Assembly (NCBI GenBank): GCA_977020255.1
Contig: CDROCS010003752.1
Location: 124,001 to 188,000, forward strand
DNA from: Obrimoposthia wandeli
Lineage: Eukaryota
DNA length: 64,000 nt
Direction of reading: 5' to 3'
Shown: one piece after another, positions 1-12,900 of the stretch
Layout of the letters: every line of letters begins with the position of its first letter
Numbering within the stretch: position 1 is the first letter of the stretch
Made by a program: the position numbers and the translations under genes
The notes under the pieces: model-generated
What the model was told of the DNA's origin: nothing
Database searches by the model: none
What the model saw: the letters and a program-made list of their open reading frames with translations, nothing else

Positions 1-462
1 TCAACAACTGTTTGATCTCTAGGATTTTTAAATAAAACTAATTAATGCACATTAAGATTTTTAGTTCTATGGTTACCTCCTTGGTGAAAAAGATTTCGAG
101 TGATAAATATAACTGTTACTTCACGATGTCTTGCAATCTTCGTAAATAAATTATTATCCATCATCCACCGATTTTCAATCAACACCCAACGACTTTCACC
201 CAACACCCATCGACTTTCACCTATCACCCATCGACTTTCACCCAACACCCATCGACTTTCACCCATCACCCATCGACTTTCATCCATCACCCATCGACTT
301 ACACCCACCGTCCAACACCCATCACCCAAGGAAGTCTATGATATACACCCGTCCCGAGCCTTTCGTGCCGATAGGTGAAATTTCACTCCACACACATGCA
401 CGGTTTTAAAAGACAGATGGGGGGAGGGGTGTGTGGATTAGACCGGACACATCCACCTCACT
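1..462 (-). mobile_element. Terminal remnant of a second Maverick/Polinton lineage (ATPase fragment + minisatellite + terminus), runs off window start
   Basis: About 20-158 encodes NNLFTKIARHREVTVIFITRNLFHQGGNHRTKNLNVH, nearly identical to the ATPase at 13731-14381. 380-462 matches the right end of the mini-element at 50155-50242 (ccacacacatgcacggttttaaa...ggattagaccggacacatccacctcact). Confidence 0.8.
159..330. repeat. About 21-bp minisatellite (cacccatcgactttcacccaa-like units)
   Basis: Direct tandem units are visible; they give the WV(L/I/M)GESR 7-aa repeat in ORF 42..329. Confidence 0.9.
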
Positions 463-986
463 ACAAAAGTTGAATTTAAAAAGAAGTGATTAATTTGAAA
501 TAAATCAATTGTTGTGACTTCGTCTTTCTTTATTAAAATACCATCAAGTTACCACTCCAACTTAACTCAATTTGTATTGCACTTCATACGTCCAAAATGT
601 ACAACATTTTTAGTTAGTATAACGTCAGTGTTTATCGGCATAAAAGTATTTTTACAAATTTTAGAGAATTTTAACGTTTGTTGATTATCATGAACTGTTA
701 ACTATTCCCTGTTTCAAACAACATAAATTCTAGAGGTATATTGTCAGGCTATATTTTAGAAATCCCCTTTGTGAAACCCGTCTGTTTTGTAAGATTATCA
801 TTAAGTTGCATTCTTACCTCAATTTTAAGAGAATACAATTTTAATTGATAGATCTCTATTATAATATACATAGTATATAACCTGCATAAATGGTACAATC
901 AGCAAAGACACCAAACACGGACTTGGTCTAACACTACAGTGGATCTAAACAGCTATGATGACGTCAATGGCCAACACGGGTCAAGC

Positions 987-3900
987 TCAGTTGAACATGA
1001 GGTCCTTATACTCCCGCAGCAAGGTCACGATGCTGGTCGAGTAGCTCGTTGTCGTTCGCACTACTCGAAACCTGTCAGCCCGTTCGAAATTGGACTTCAC
1101 CATTTCGTAGTATTTGCCGTCACTCAGAGTCAGCGTCTTCAGCAGGGGACACTTCAACCTGTATCCACAGACAGATATATAAACAATACATACATATCTA
1201 CTAATCTTACATTTATAGGACTAAAATAATGTTTACTGTTACTAATTCTTTATTTTAATTTAGAAATTCACTAACAATTCATTAAATTTTAATACAGTCG
1301 CATTAGGAAGAGAAAAAGAAGATACCAACAGTCTTTTGACCTCAATTAATCATAGAGTGAATCAGTAAGACAGTGTGTAACAAAACAGGGACAGCAAAGT
1401 CGGGACCAGATAAATTTCTACAATTTTAACTGTCAGTCAGAGCAAGTTCAGGAAACTGTAAAGGATATAGAATTCCGAGGAAGACACAATTGTTGAAGAA
1501 TCGAGAATTTTGACTGACGATCAGAGCTGACAATTTACGTAGGAGACAGAAGCAGACATAACTTAAGACAGAATATCTTTGTGTAAACTTATAATAATTT
1601 ATTAATTGCTTTTCTACTAATTCCTTAACTTGGGAGTTAACCATCACAGTCCTTTCAGTAGTAAGTAAAGTCGTATACTTGTAACAGTCTCCAAAGATTT
1701 TTTAATATATAAAAATACTAGAATGCTCCTGCTTCGTTTCAAAAGTTAATGAATAAAGTTTTAGGAGAATTAAACTCGAAAGAAGCCGTTGTATATCTAG
1801 ATGACATATTAATATGTTCGGAGACAAAAAAGATATGTATAAAATGATACAAAAATTTTTTAAAAGAAATAATTAATGTTGGATTAAAATTGAAATTACA
1901 AAAGTGCCAATTTATGAAGACAGCTAAAATTTTTAGGCCACATAATTTCAGGAAAAGGTAAAATTAACAAACAGATCCGACTAAAATTTGAAGATATTAA
2001 AAACTTTGAACGACCGAAGTGTGTAAAAAGTTACGGAGTTTCCTGGGTCTAACCAATTACTAAGGAAGATTTATTAATAACTATTCTGAATATGCGAGAC
2101 CATTAGAGAAAATATCAGGTAGCAATGAGAAAAAACCTTTGGAATGAAACATGTGAGAACTCATTTCAAACTTTAAAAAGGAAATTAATAAAAGCACCAA
2201 TTTCGATTTATCCTGATTTTAAGAAAGATTTTTAGTAAACACCGATGCCAGTTTTGATAGAATTGGTGCAGTATTATCTCAAGTAAATGATTTGGGTCAT
2301 GAAAGAGTAATATCATATGGGTCAAAGACTATGAATCCTCATGAAACAGGTTACTGTATTACAAGAAAAGAAATGCTGCCCATTGTGTGTTTTACAGATT
2401 ATTTTAAACACTATCTCTATGGCCAAAGATTTCGTCTTCGAACTGATCACAAAGCTATAACTTTCATGATTAAAACTAAAAGCCAATAACATCTCAATTT
2501 CAAACGTGGTGCAATCATCTGAGTAGACTTGATATGGTTTCAGATAACAGAAAATGTGAAAACCACTTAAATGCTGATGTACTTTCCAGAAGTAAATGTG
2601 GAACTTGTGTTCAATGCAAAACTAATCATGAAAATCCAAAAACAGGGAATCTGAAAACAAAAGTTTTATCACTTGATATCAAAGATATTGGCATAGAATG
2701 GCAAAGTAATTCCGAAGAGATAAGAAAATTAAAAGTAAATATAGAGATAGAAGATAATTATAAAATTATTAATAATATACTAATGACTAACAATGATAAA
2801 GTATGGTTACCAAAAGAAAGTATAAAAGAGTTGATAATGCATGTTCTCAAAACTCTATGTCATGCTGGTTGGAGAAAAGTAATTGAATACATTTCTCATA
2901 GATTTGACTTCGTCGAAAGATTAAAATTTATCAAAAATATAATTCAAAGTTGTGAAAATTGTAAGAAACAAAAAGTAGTGACAACAAGAACAAAAGAATC
3001 AAATAAAGAAAATTCGGATTACAGTCTTTTTCGTAGCGTATTTATAGATTTTTGTGGGCCATTAAAAACAACATACAGTGGAAAAATATATAATTGGTAT
3101 AATTGATCAATTTGATTCTAAAATTTGGAGCTCCAAGAGAAATACATTGTGATCATGGGAAATCATTTGAATCAAATTTAATGAAAGAACTAACAAATAA
3201 ATGTAAAATTAAATTATTATTTCAAGTCCATATCAGTAGGTAGATGTGGCACTTCTGGCACAAAGCCCCCCCCCTGAGGACAAATTTTTTTAAGGTCAAG
3301 TTGAGGACAAAAAATGTAGGTCAAGTTAAGGTCACGGTGAGGTCAAGATGTAGGTCATGGGAAAAATGTAGGTCATGACCTCATAAGATCATGACCCCCC
3401 CCCTATGCTCAGGAAAAATGTCTTTGTCCTGAAAGACACACATCAAGTAGGGGGATGTGTGTCTTTCAGGACAAAGACATTTTGAGCACAGTTTAAGGTC
3501 ACGGTGAGGACAAGATGTAGGTCATGACCTCATGAGGTCAAGTCAAGTTAAGGTCAAGTTAAGGTCATGACGTCATGAGGACAATGTACTTTAAGGTCAA
3601 CTTAAGGTCATGATGAGGACAATGTACTTTAAGGTCAACTTAAGGTCATGATGAGGACAATGTACTTTAAGGTCAACTTAAGGTCATGACGTCATGAGGA
3701 CAACTTAAGGTCACAGTGAGGTCAAAAATATTCTATTTTTAGTAACATTCTTTAAATCTATATATCTTTTTATCTAAAGACTGTATTAACACCAATTCAA
3801 CAAAATACATCTAGTGTGTGTGTGTGTGTTTTATAATTTAAATTAAATTATCTACTTATAAAATAAAGTATTATATAATTTGATAAATTTATTTAAACTA

Positions 3901-6900
3901 AATTAAATTAAACTATCTACTTATAAAATAAAGTATTATATAATTTGATAATCATGTTTAAACGTTCCTATATCTATCTAACAAAGACAGTCACGTACTG
4001 CATCTATATTGCAAAAACCTGCAAATTTATGTAAATAAAGACAAGTATTTTAAACACATATATTCCTTAAAATCACAAAGGAGAATAAAAATATGTACAA
4101 CACATATAAAAAGTTTATACAACCTCATCCGGGTATAAAAAGTGACCATAGGCGACTGAACGGTTTTTCTCCACCCACTTGCGCTTATCATCACTACTAC
4201 TTAAGGCAATTTTACTTAACCTTAAAGTGAAAAGTTGATGATTTAGCGAGCTTATACGTTGTTGTTGTACACGCTCGCTAACGCCACTCTCATATACGGC
4301 TAAGTAATACGAGTGCCTAATACTCGTCTGTCGGAGACTAATACCTTTCGCTCTCATCTGAGATTCACCTGCTGTAGTCTCTAGGCTATATGATTTTGGT
4401 CGTAGAAAAATCCCTTGCCTATAACTAAATAATCCCTTACTCTCATCTTTAAATTTTCCTATCGCTGTATTAAGCGTCGTATAAAGCGGATGGGTTTTTG
4501 GAAATTTCGAGGTATCCAACAGTCCATCGGCAATCATAGCAGGTAACAGTGATTCTTGAACATTGACATTATTACACTTCAAGAAAAAGCTATCAGTGTC
4601 ACCCGCTATAATTCTAATGTCGCAGTTAAATTGAACTCGATATTTCTCCAACTGCTCATATTGTAGCTCATACATACGAAGTTTGCTTAAATCTAATACC
4701 GCCTGGCCCATGTAACTAGGACGATCCAAAACAATATTTTCCTTATCCAGTAAAACTGCAATAAGGTCCGTATCGATTTCAATTGTCCTACGAAAGTGGG
4801 CTTTACTGCAATAGGTAACCAGCTTCTGTGGAGTATTACAATTCCGGAGGTTAATTCTTTTCATCAGATTCTCAATGAGTTTTCCAAATAAAGAATTCAC
4901 CTTCAGTTTATAATAATCCCGCTCGAAATCTGTTGTAGCCGCAGCTCTTTTGAGAGAATTATCCTCAATATATTTTGAAAAAACATTAGTTTGTTCAAAC
5001 TGTATTGCTCTATATACAAAATCTACCTTAGCACCAATTCTAACGTACATTTGTAGCAATCTAGAATGCACAACATAATGTTTCTTAGGGTAATGTGTTA
5101 ATAACAATTTTTTAGTCTTACACCCTGGTGGACGCTGTTTAATGGGAGCAAGGGGAAGATCGTCGAATTTATTATGAAGCTCGAAGGGAATGGATAAATC
5201 TATTTCCAATAAATGAGCGAAGCGACTACAGGATAAATCTGCTGATTTTAAGCTGGAAATAATATTCCCCAAATCTAACCGATCAGTCACCCAGGAAAAG
5301 TTACCACAAGGTAAAAACTGGGACATAGCCCACCCGTACAAATTATTTACATCAATGTACAAAAGTTCTGTACCATCGATGGCGTCAACGCGGTGTTCAT
5401 TAACAAATGTCCTACCCCCGCGAATCCCAGACCGGAAGAGTCGGTACATTTCTGGATCCTGTATTAGCTCGACTCGCACAACGGGAGCAGAAGAAGAAGC
5501 CGGACGAAGCAGGGATTTGAAAGCACTCGCGAAAGTCAGTCCTGGAAATAAAATCATTTATTAAAATCATTGTGAAAATCATTGTGAAAATCATTGTGAA
5601 AATCATTACTTTGAAAATCATCTATCTAACAAAGACAGTCACGCATCTATATTGCAAATACTTGCATCTTTATGTAATCAATAGTAACATTTATTCTTGT
5701 ATATATATATGTGTGAGTATCTAACAAAGACAGTCACGCATCTATATTGCAAATACTTGCATCTTTATGTAATCAATAGTAACATTTATTCTTATACATG
5801 TATATATATATATGTGAGTATCTAACAAAGACAGTCACGTGTGTGTCTAACAAAGACAGTAATCAATACCTACAAAGATAGTCACGTGTGTCTAACAAAG
5901 ACAATCATCAATACTTACAAAGACGTGCTGCATCTATATTGCAAAAACCTGCATCTTTATGCAATCAATAGTAACAAGAACTACATTTATTCTTATACAT
6001 GTATATATATATATATATATATGTGTTAGTGTCTAAAATTAGAAAAAACTAGTAGAATACAAACCAGGAATGGAGAAGAAATTGAGTGGCTCCAATCCAT
6101 CGTCAGCAATGGCCTTGGTCCGGAATGCTGTAAACACGTCTGCTAGAAGGTAGATGTCCATCTTCATATAGACCAGCATATAGTCCCAGAGCGATGAGCA
6201 GCCGCTCTGAGTCCAGACCATCTTCGCCATCTGATATTGTGCTGGCTTGATCTTTTCATCCCACTTTGGCGGTAAGCTGGTGATTGCACGAAGAGCAGTC
6301 TCTGATACTGCCATATCGTATGGGAAGATTCCCTTGGCGCTCACCAGATGTTGCGGGAAGACCGAATGTGTAAGAGGAGTCACACCCAGGTTTTTCTAAG
6401 CTGCTGTTCAAAAATTGAAGGGAATCGATGAAACGTATACAGACTCCTCCAATATACACCATCATAGCCTGGAATTTCTCTGTTGATTGAGGTATAACAG
6501 ATACATTCCAGTCGGGAAACTTGCATAGTGCGTGCTTAAATATGTGGTGCATGTCATAACCCATAAGATTGTGAAAAATGACGGGAAAAGATCGATTGAT
6601 TCTACTTGATAAGTTGCATTTCGTATGCGCTGCTCCCAGGTATTCGCCAGTCATGTGATCGTGATCTCGAACGTTGTTTGCGAGTTTCTTCTTACACAGA
6701 TAACAGATTCTTGCTGCATTGAAACTCGATACCTGTTCCTGTGTGAGTTGTCGCATCACCTCGATCGCATGCTTCTTGTACCATGGGAGTACAACCTCTT
6801 TCACCAAGTCCTCTAATTTCTGCAAAAAGGATACCACACAAGATTCTCCGGTAAAGACCGAGTAATCATGTGTATACCCTCTCGTGGCTGCAACGGGAGA

Positions 6901-9900
6901 CATGAGCATATCGGCCGAGATTGGAAGTTGAATCTGATGGTGGATTCCATGTGGCGGCAGCACAGCCTCAAAGTCCGCGTAAACAGCAAAAGGCGGAGAA
7001 ATCGTTTTTGAAAAGTCCTTAAACTCAATATGCTTCTCTGTAGGCATTGAATAAAGCGTTGTATGATCTAAATTCATCCTACAGAGCGGAACGTGTTTGG
7101 CGTAACTTATCGGACTACGGAATCCATGAAGACACTTATGGCACCAAGTACACCGAATGCAATTAGATACACCTTTGTTCCTATAATTAAGCAGCCTATT
7201 GAGTTTAGGAATACCGACATAATGAAAATTATCATTATTTTCTAAAAGGAGAAGATTGATTGGCTTAGCGTCCGGGTTTGTGGTCCTGTAAATGACATCC
7301 ACATAGGGATTTTTGAAGATATCCCCATCTGTTTGCACATTAGAGAACCTATTGAATGTAAATACGTTGATTGAGAGAGATGTATTCTTTCTCTCAAATC
7401 GCGGTATATTACATAGACGCATCGGCATCTCATTCTCATCAAAAACTAATTGACTCAAAAGGGCATCATATTGCTTAACCCGCTGAGGATTAGTACGAAA
7501 TACGTCGCGGAAAAGTATAGATAAGATACTATAAAGAAAGCAGAAAGTGTTTGAGTTCTGCACATTGATAACGCAATGTGACAGTGCTAACTCAGATGGA
7601 GTAGGTATATAACTATAGATAGTTCATTGTCGTTGTTTTAGTCACAACAAACGAAATCTCCAGGAAGCGGTTCACTACCCAATTACTGCTACTTTGAGAA
7701 TAATTCTCAATCTTCTTGTTGATCCCATCTACTCCCGCATCTATAAACCCCTCATCTATGGGGAGCCCTCTATTGGAAAAATTCCAAGCGCGTGTTTCTC
7801 CAATATTGGAAAATTCAACACGCACCCCGAATTGAACCTTGCAAGTCGCAAACTTGCTGACTGTGTCCCTTAAGCTAGTCAAAAGGGATACAGGAACTTG
7901 TAAATCGATGAGATTGTCATTAGAAACATCTAATGACAATGTCTCAATCGTACCCCGAAGACTAGTCTTACGCTTAACAGCATTAACTTTGGAAAACTTC
8001 GCAACAGAGCTACCTGAAGTGGGCATAACACTTCTCTTGCGGGTAGATGCTGGTAACGGCGCGGGGATCATACCAACTGGAGGAGGCATAACTGGAACCA
8101 TTGGTGCAGCAGATGGTGGTGAAGCAACTGGACTAGAAATTGGAACAGCAGCAATTGGGGTAGATACTGGAATAGTAGCAGAAATTGGGGCAGCAATTGG
8201 CGAAGCAGCAACAACTGGACCAGCAACCCGAGAAATAGTAGCAGATCTATTCTGAAAGATGGCCTTCTTGCCACGTTGCTGGAAATGACGAAGATGGACA
8301 CGATGACGCGCCACAAACTCCAACCAATCAATCTCCTCCACGGAGAGACATACTGGACATACGTAGAATTGTTGTCCGTTGAACTTCTGTCCAAAGTAGC
8401 TCTTCATTTTTCCGTCACATTCCTTGTGACTCTCCTCGAAGCATAATTCTTTGTTCATATTGCAATTCTAGAAAGAAATAAATTAGCAGAAAAAATAACA
8501 ATAAACTTACCATTTTCAATTTCGTTTATAATAGGGAATTATTTGTTGATTGATGCTTGCTTATATACTATTTTCGAGCTAGTATTAAGCCAATCAGATT
8601 CATTCATTATTTAAACCAACCAGATTAATTTAAAACAGAATAGTTTACTGACAGATGTGAGTAGTTGAATTTTCATTAATATTTAAATAATCCAAACTAG
8701 CTGCAAAGCATTTCTTGTATGCACAATGCTCGCCATGTTTAATATATGGACAATTGATATTTGATGGATTTAATTGTTTTAATGTTTTCGAGTAATTTAT
8801 CACTCTAAATTCAGGAAAATATTTATTGATTGTCTTTATTTTAGCTCCATTATTTTCATCGAAACATAGAAAATTGATTTGGATACATCACAACAACGTT
8901 TTATTTCCTCAGTTATTTCTTGTATCTTGAAATAACTATTACCATCAACTAGTTTTAGTCGATGGTAATGCTTAATGAGATATCTATTTATTTTTCTTGA
9001 TTTTCTATTCATCATGTCCCATATGGGTTGCATTTTAAAAACATAATGTTTAGGATAGAAGATTGCATCCACATCCATTATACATAGTTCTTTTATTACA
9101 AATTCAGTATTATTATCAATAAAAGCTTCAAAATCAATAAAATAAACAGACATTTTTATAGCAATAATTTTATTTGATATTGTTTATATCTATTGTTTAT
9201 GCTTTAACCAAAGCAGACAGAGTTGTCCACATGACTGTGTTAAAACATTTTGATAATGTTTCTTACTAAAATGTACTTTCTTTCCAGAGTCAAGTACTGT
9301 AGATACTAATTTAGAAGGGTAATATATCCCAAAGGGGTCAAAAACAAAGATTTCATTTTCTTTAACATGTATTGCAATCCAATGTTCACCACGCAAATTA
9401 GATGAATGTGTATTGATTACATATCCACCTAGTCGAGTCAAAGAGGGGATGTGATCAAGGCTGTAGACTCCATTGAAACGCGAACCGAGTAGTTTTCTTC
9501 CGCTTTTTGTTATCTCGTCCGAACTAGAATATATATTAATTAATAAATTCAAACTGACTTACTTCATTTATATATCTTCTTTATTGTTTTCATTCTGTTT
9601 ATACTAGTACTGTTCCTCTCTTGGTAATTTGAACCTCAGAATCGAATACTCCATAGATTATAATATTAGTAGGGTGTTCAAGTGCTTTTGAAAACTTGAT
9701 TTCTACTTTCAAATTTCCCTGTTTAGGGATTTGAGCTTGATTAATATTGAAATCAGGAGAGAGAACAAATGTGAACAGTGTATACTTGTCCTTGAAATCA
9801 GTCATTGAAATTCTAATATTAGCATCCTTATCCAAATGACCAAGATTTCTAATTAAAGATTGCACATAAGAAAACACATAATCATCGTTTTCAAAGTCAT

Positions 9901-12900
9901 TCGTATAAGATTCTTGATAATCAATATTTCGTGCAAGTTTAATTGAACTCACATTCATGTGTCCAAATTGAGAAACCTCATTTTTAGACTCACCTCCATA
10001 GGTAGAAGTGTTTTGGAAAGCAATTAAAACAAAGTTTGGAAGTTGCATATCACCAAAAATCTGATCCTTGTAATAAGATAGTGCTCCCGTAGGGATAGCG
10101 TGAGAAACAAGATTAGTTTTTCTAATAGGATAACATGCATTTTGCTTCTCCAACCCCATTCGATGTGCAACAAGTACAGATGGTTTCACCTTTACTCGTC
10201 GAACCAGCAGTTTTGCTTCCGTAATCTCAATTGCGGTTTTAATAGTATCAGCGCAAACAACACTAAAACCTACTGGATTTCTCTTCATTCGAATATGTGC
10301 ACTTACACCGGGTAAAAGATACTTTGGTTGCATAAAGAAATCCAAATGGAGACTCCCACAAAGTGACAATACTTTAGACTTTGCAATCGAAGCAATTCTT
10401 CTTTTTTCGTCATTGTCAAACCCAATTGCATCAAGATTAATCAATTTCGTATCATTACCGTAATTCAACAATGTTTCAATCATTGCTTTATGGGTGTAAC
10501 TAGTATTATTTCCCTCAACTTTCACATTATTGAGACTGAGAATCACATCCTTGAAAAGAGTATGCAACATGTAATTAGCTGATTTGATATCCATACCATC
10601 ATCCAAATCACCTCCACCTTCCTTTGTAACTTTCAATTTAACGAGAAATAAACTATCATTCAAATCAAGATATTGAGTATTGGATCCATTAATATTGAAT
10701 TCTAAATCCGGAGAAGATGTCCCGTTAACCGTATTTGTTGGAAATATTTCTTCAAAACTAGCACTATCAACCACAACCTGAGGTATAGGTTTATCGAATA
10801 TACACAATTCAGTTTTAGCACAACTCATTACTTAAAAATTGTTCCACCTAGTTTCAAACGTTTGTTTATACCCGATGCTTTAGATGTTTTCTTACGTTTA
10901 TAACCACTTCCCTTTTGAGTTTTCTTTTTCAAAAATTCAGCTAGACTTGATCCAAGGCTGCATCCTTTAGTGTGGGAAGAAATTTCTCATCACCAGACAA
11001 GTATTTTGATCCAACATTAGCAATAAATTTCCCGAGTCGCTTGAGTAGTGGGAAAGCAAAGCGACCAAAAACCTTCATCCATCCTGATCCATACTGTTTT
11101 CCGGCAAAATAAGGCAAATCACCTCCTTGCATCGGTTTACTATACGCATCGATTATACTTGAATCAATCATATTTTTCTAAAATGTATTGTTAAACTTGT
11201 TTTAGCTCCAAATGAAAATTTAATTAATCTTCCTGAATCATCCCGAATGTTAACTTCAATATTGTTTATAGAAGAGGAACTCACAGGAATATACATTGGA
11301 TTTTCAATTGGGATATGTATAATATCTCCATACTTGTGCTTTTCCTGTTGAACCCAAATAGATTTTATTAATGGAAGTTTATTTCCACCCACAAATATCG
11401 GTTCAGTAATACTTGTGTAAATATAAATCTGATTATACGCATTACTTAGCTTTGCCCGATTAGATGCTCGGAAAACTTTATTAAGATTTTTAAAACTGTT
11501 TTCATTGAATCCTATAATTGTAGCTAAATTTTTATTCATATTTATTTATTTTACATGTGGTTTCAATTTAAACTTAATTATCTCCTTTTTAACATAAAAG
11601 CTTTCAAATATATTATCAATATTTTTCATGAAATATTGACAAAGACTTTCAACATTGGAAAATAAGCAATCATTTTCGAATGCATACTGCTCACGTACAT
11701 CCTCTTGATTATAATGATGCATCTTTAACTTTAATGTCGGTAAATCATATTTTTGATTTGGTAATTCCGATTCATAAAACATACTTTCAATAGGAGCTTC
11801 TTTCATACCGTAATTTAATGCTAAACTTTTATTATCAATTTCTAAATTGAAAGCTTGTCCCGTAGTGCGAATTATACAAATTTTGTTTTCGCCGCTAAAG
11901 TAAATAACATATTCACTATTAATTGGAGTTAAATACTTGACGAAAAATTCTCCATGTTTCATTTTCACACCAGCTTCAACTTCAGTTTTTATTCTTTTCT
12001 CCGCAACATAATCTATAATTGACCCTCCTTTAATGGATAGAGGAGAGTAATTGAAAGAAAATTCCGTCAGAGCAGCTTCCCAATGCCCAGGTAAATTGAT
12101 TGAGCTTTGATAATCAATACTAAAACTATTAGCAGTATTATTCGGCTGAGTTAATGGTGAACCATTACTTGGTAATACAACATACATTGAGTTCATTCTA
12201 TTTGAGAAGCTAATATCCAACTAGGTTCAGTATATCCATGCCACTTAACATGATATTGTTTATGCTTTCCTCTACCTTTTGTCTCTAAAATTTCTTGGAT
12301 TCTATATACATTTGGTTTCTCAGGCCAGACTTGTAATTCCTCATGATAAAATTTACCCGTGATTACATTATTGGTTTCATCCTCAATGAAATACATTACC
12401 GGCATACGTTTATTATCAATTTTAGTTATACGAAATACTTCATCGCTCCAATTCTCTTTGAAATTCTTTATAAAAGGAGTAGTACTAATTTGAGAAATAC
12501 GTACATAATCACCAACTTTATACTTGGGTTTCCGCGCAACTTGACTTTGATTACGGCATTGCCAAATTTCCATAGCATTCTCATCTGTAACATCAACGGG
12601 TCTCTTTCGGTCTAATGATGAGTGTTCACTATGATTGTATGCATGTATTATTTGAGGTAAAACAGTAACCCATGACTTATTTCCCTGCTTTGTGAAATAC
12701 TTTTTCAAACGATCTCTCAATGTTCGATTAAAACGTTCAACTAAAGCGGCTTTATATTGGGAAAATACTGAGTAATGATTAATGTTAGTTTTTCAATAGT
12801 GTTTCAACATGTTTATTATAAAACTCCTTTCCACTATCCGTTTGGAAATTTCTTGGTTTTATTTCTTTAATCAAAAGCTTCATTGCGGCTAAAACATCGG

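Noticed and set aside
100-378. Plus-strand 92-aa ORF with HRLSPIT repeats
   Set aside because: Antisense reading of the minisatellite and ATPase fragment.
480-900. Stop-ridden minus-strand coding-like stretch
   Set aside because: No recognisable family motif; lies outside the 462 terminus.
939-1229. Plus-strand 96-aa ORF
   Set aside because: Antisense to the last exon of the F-box gene.
3577-3715. 38-bp direct repeats resembling a CRISPR array
   Set aside because: Units are contiguous with no unique spacers, lie in a eukaryotic TIR, and there are no cas genes.
5355-6029. ORFs 5355..5564, 5412..5621 and 5841..6029
   Set aside because: Antisense or alternative frames of polB, and repeat-derived frames in the intron.
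7600-7625. Possible intron explaining the first polB break
   Set aside because: No GT-AG pair is needed; the SYIPTP motif resumes immediately in another frame, so it is a simple frameshift.
7839-8394. ORFs 7839..8255 (+) and 8068..8394 (-)
   Set aside because: Shadow frames of the low-complexity Pro/Ala linker of polB.
11540-11548. Split penton as two genes, or programmed readthrough
   Set aside because: Single in-frame TAA between the N- and C-terminal halves of one known protein; decay or sequencing error is simpler.
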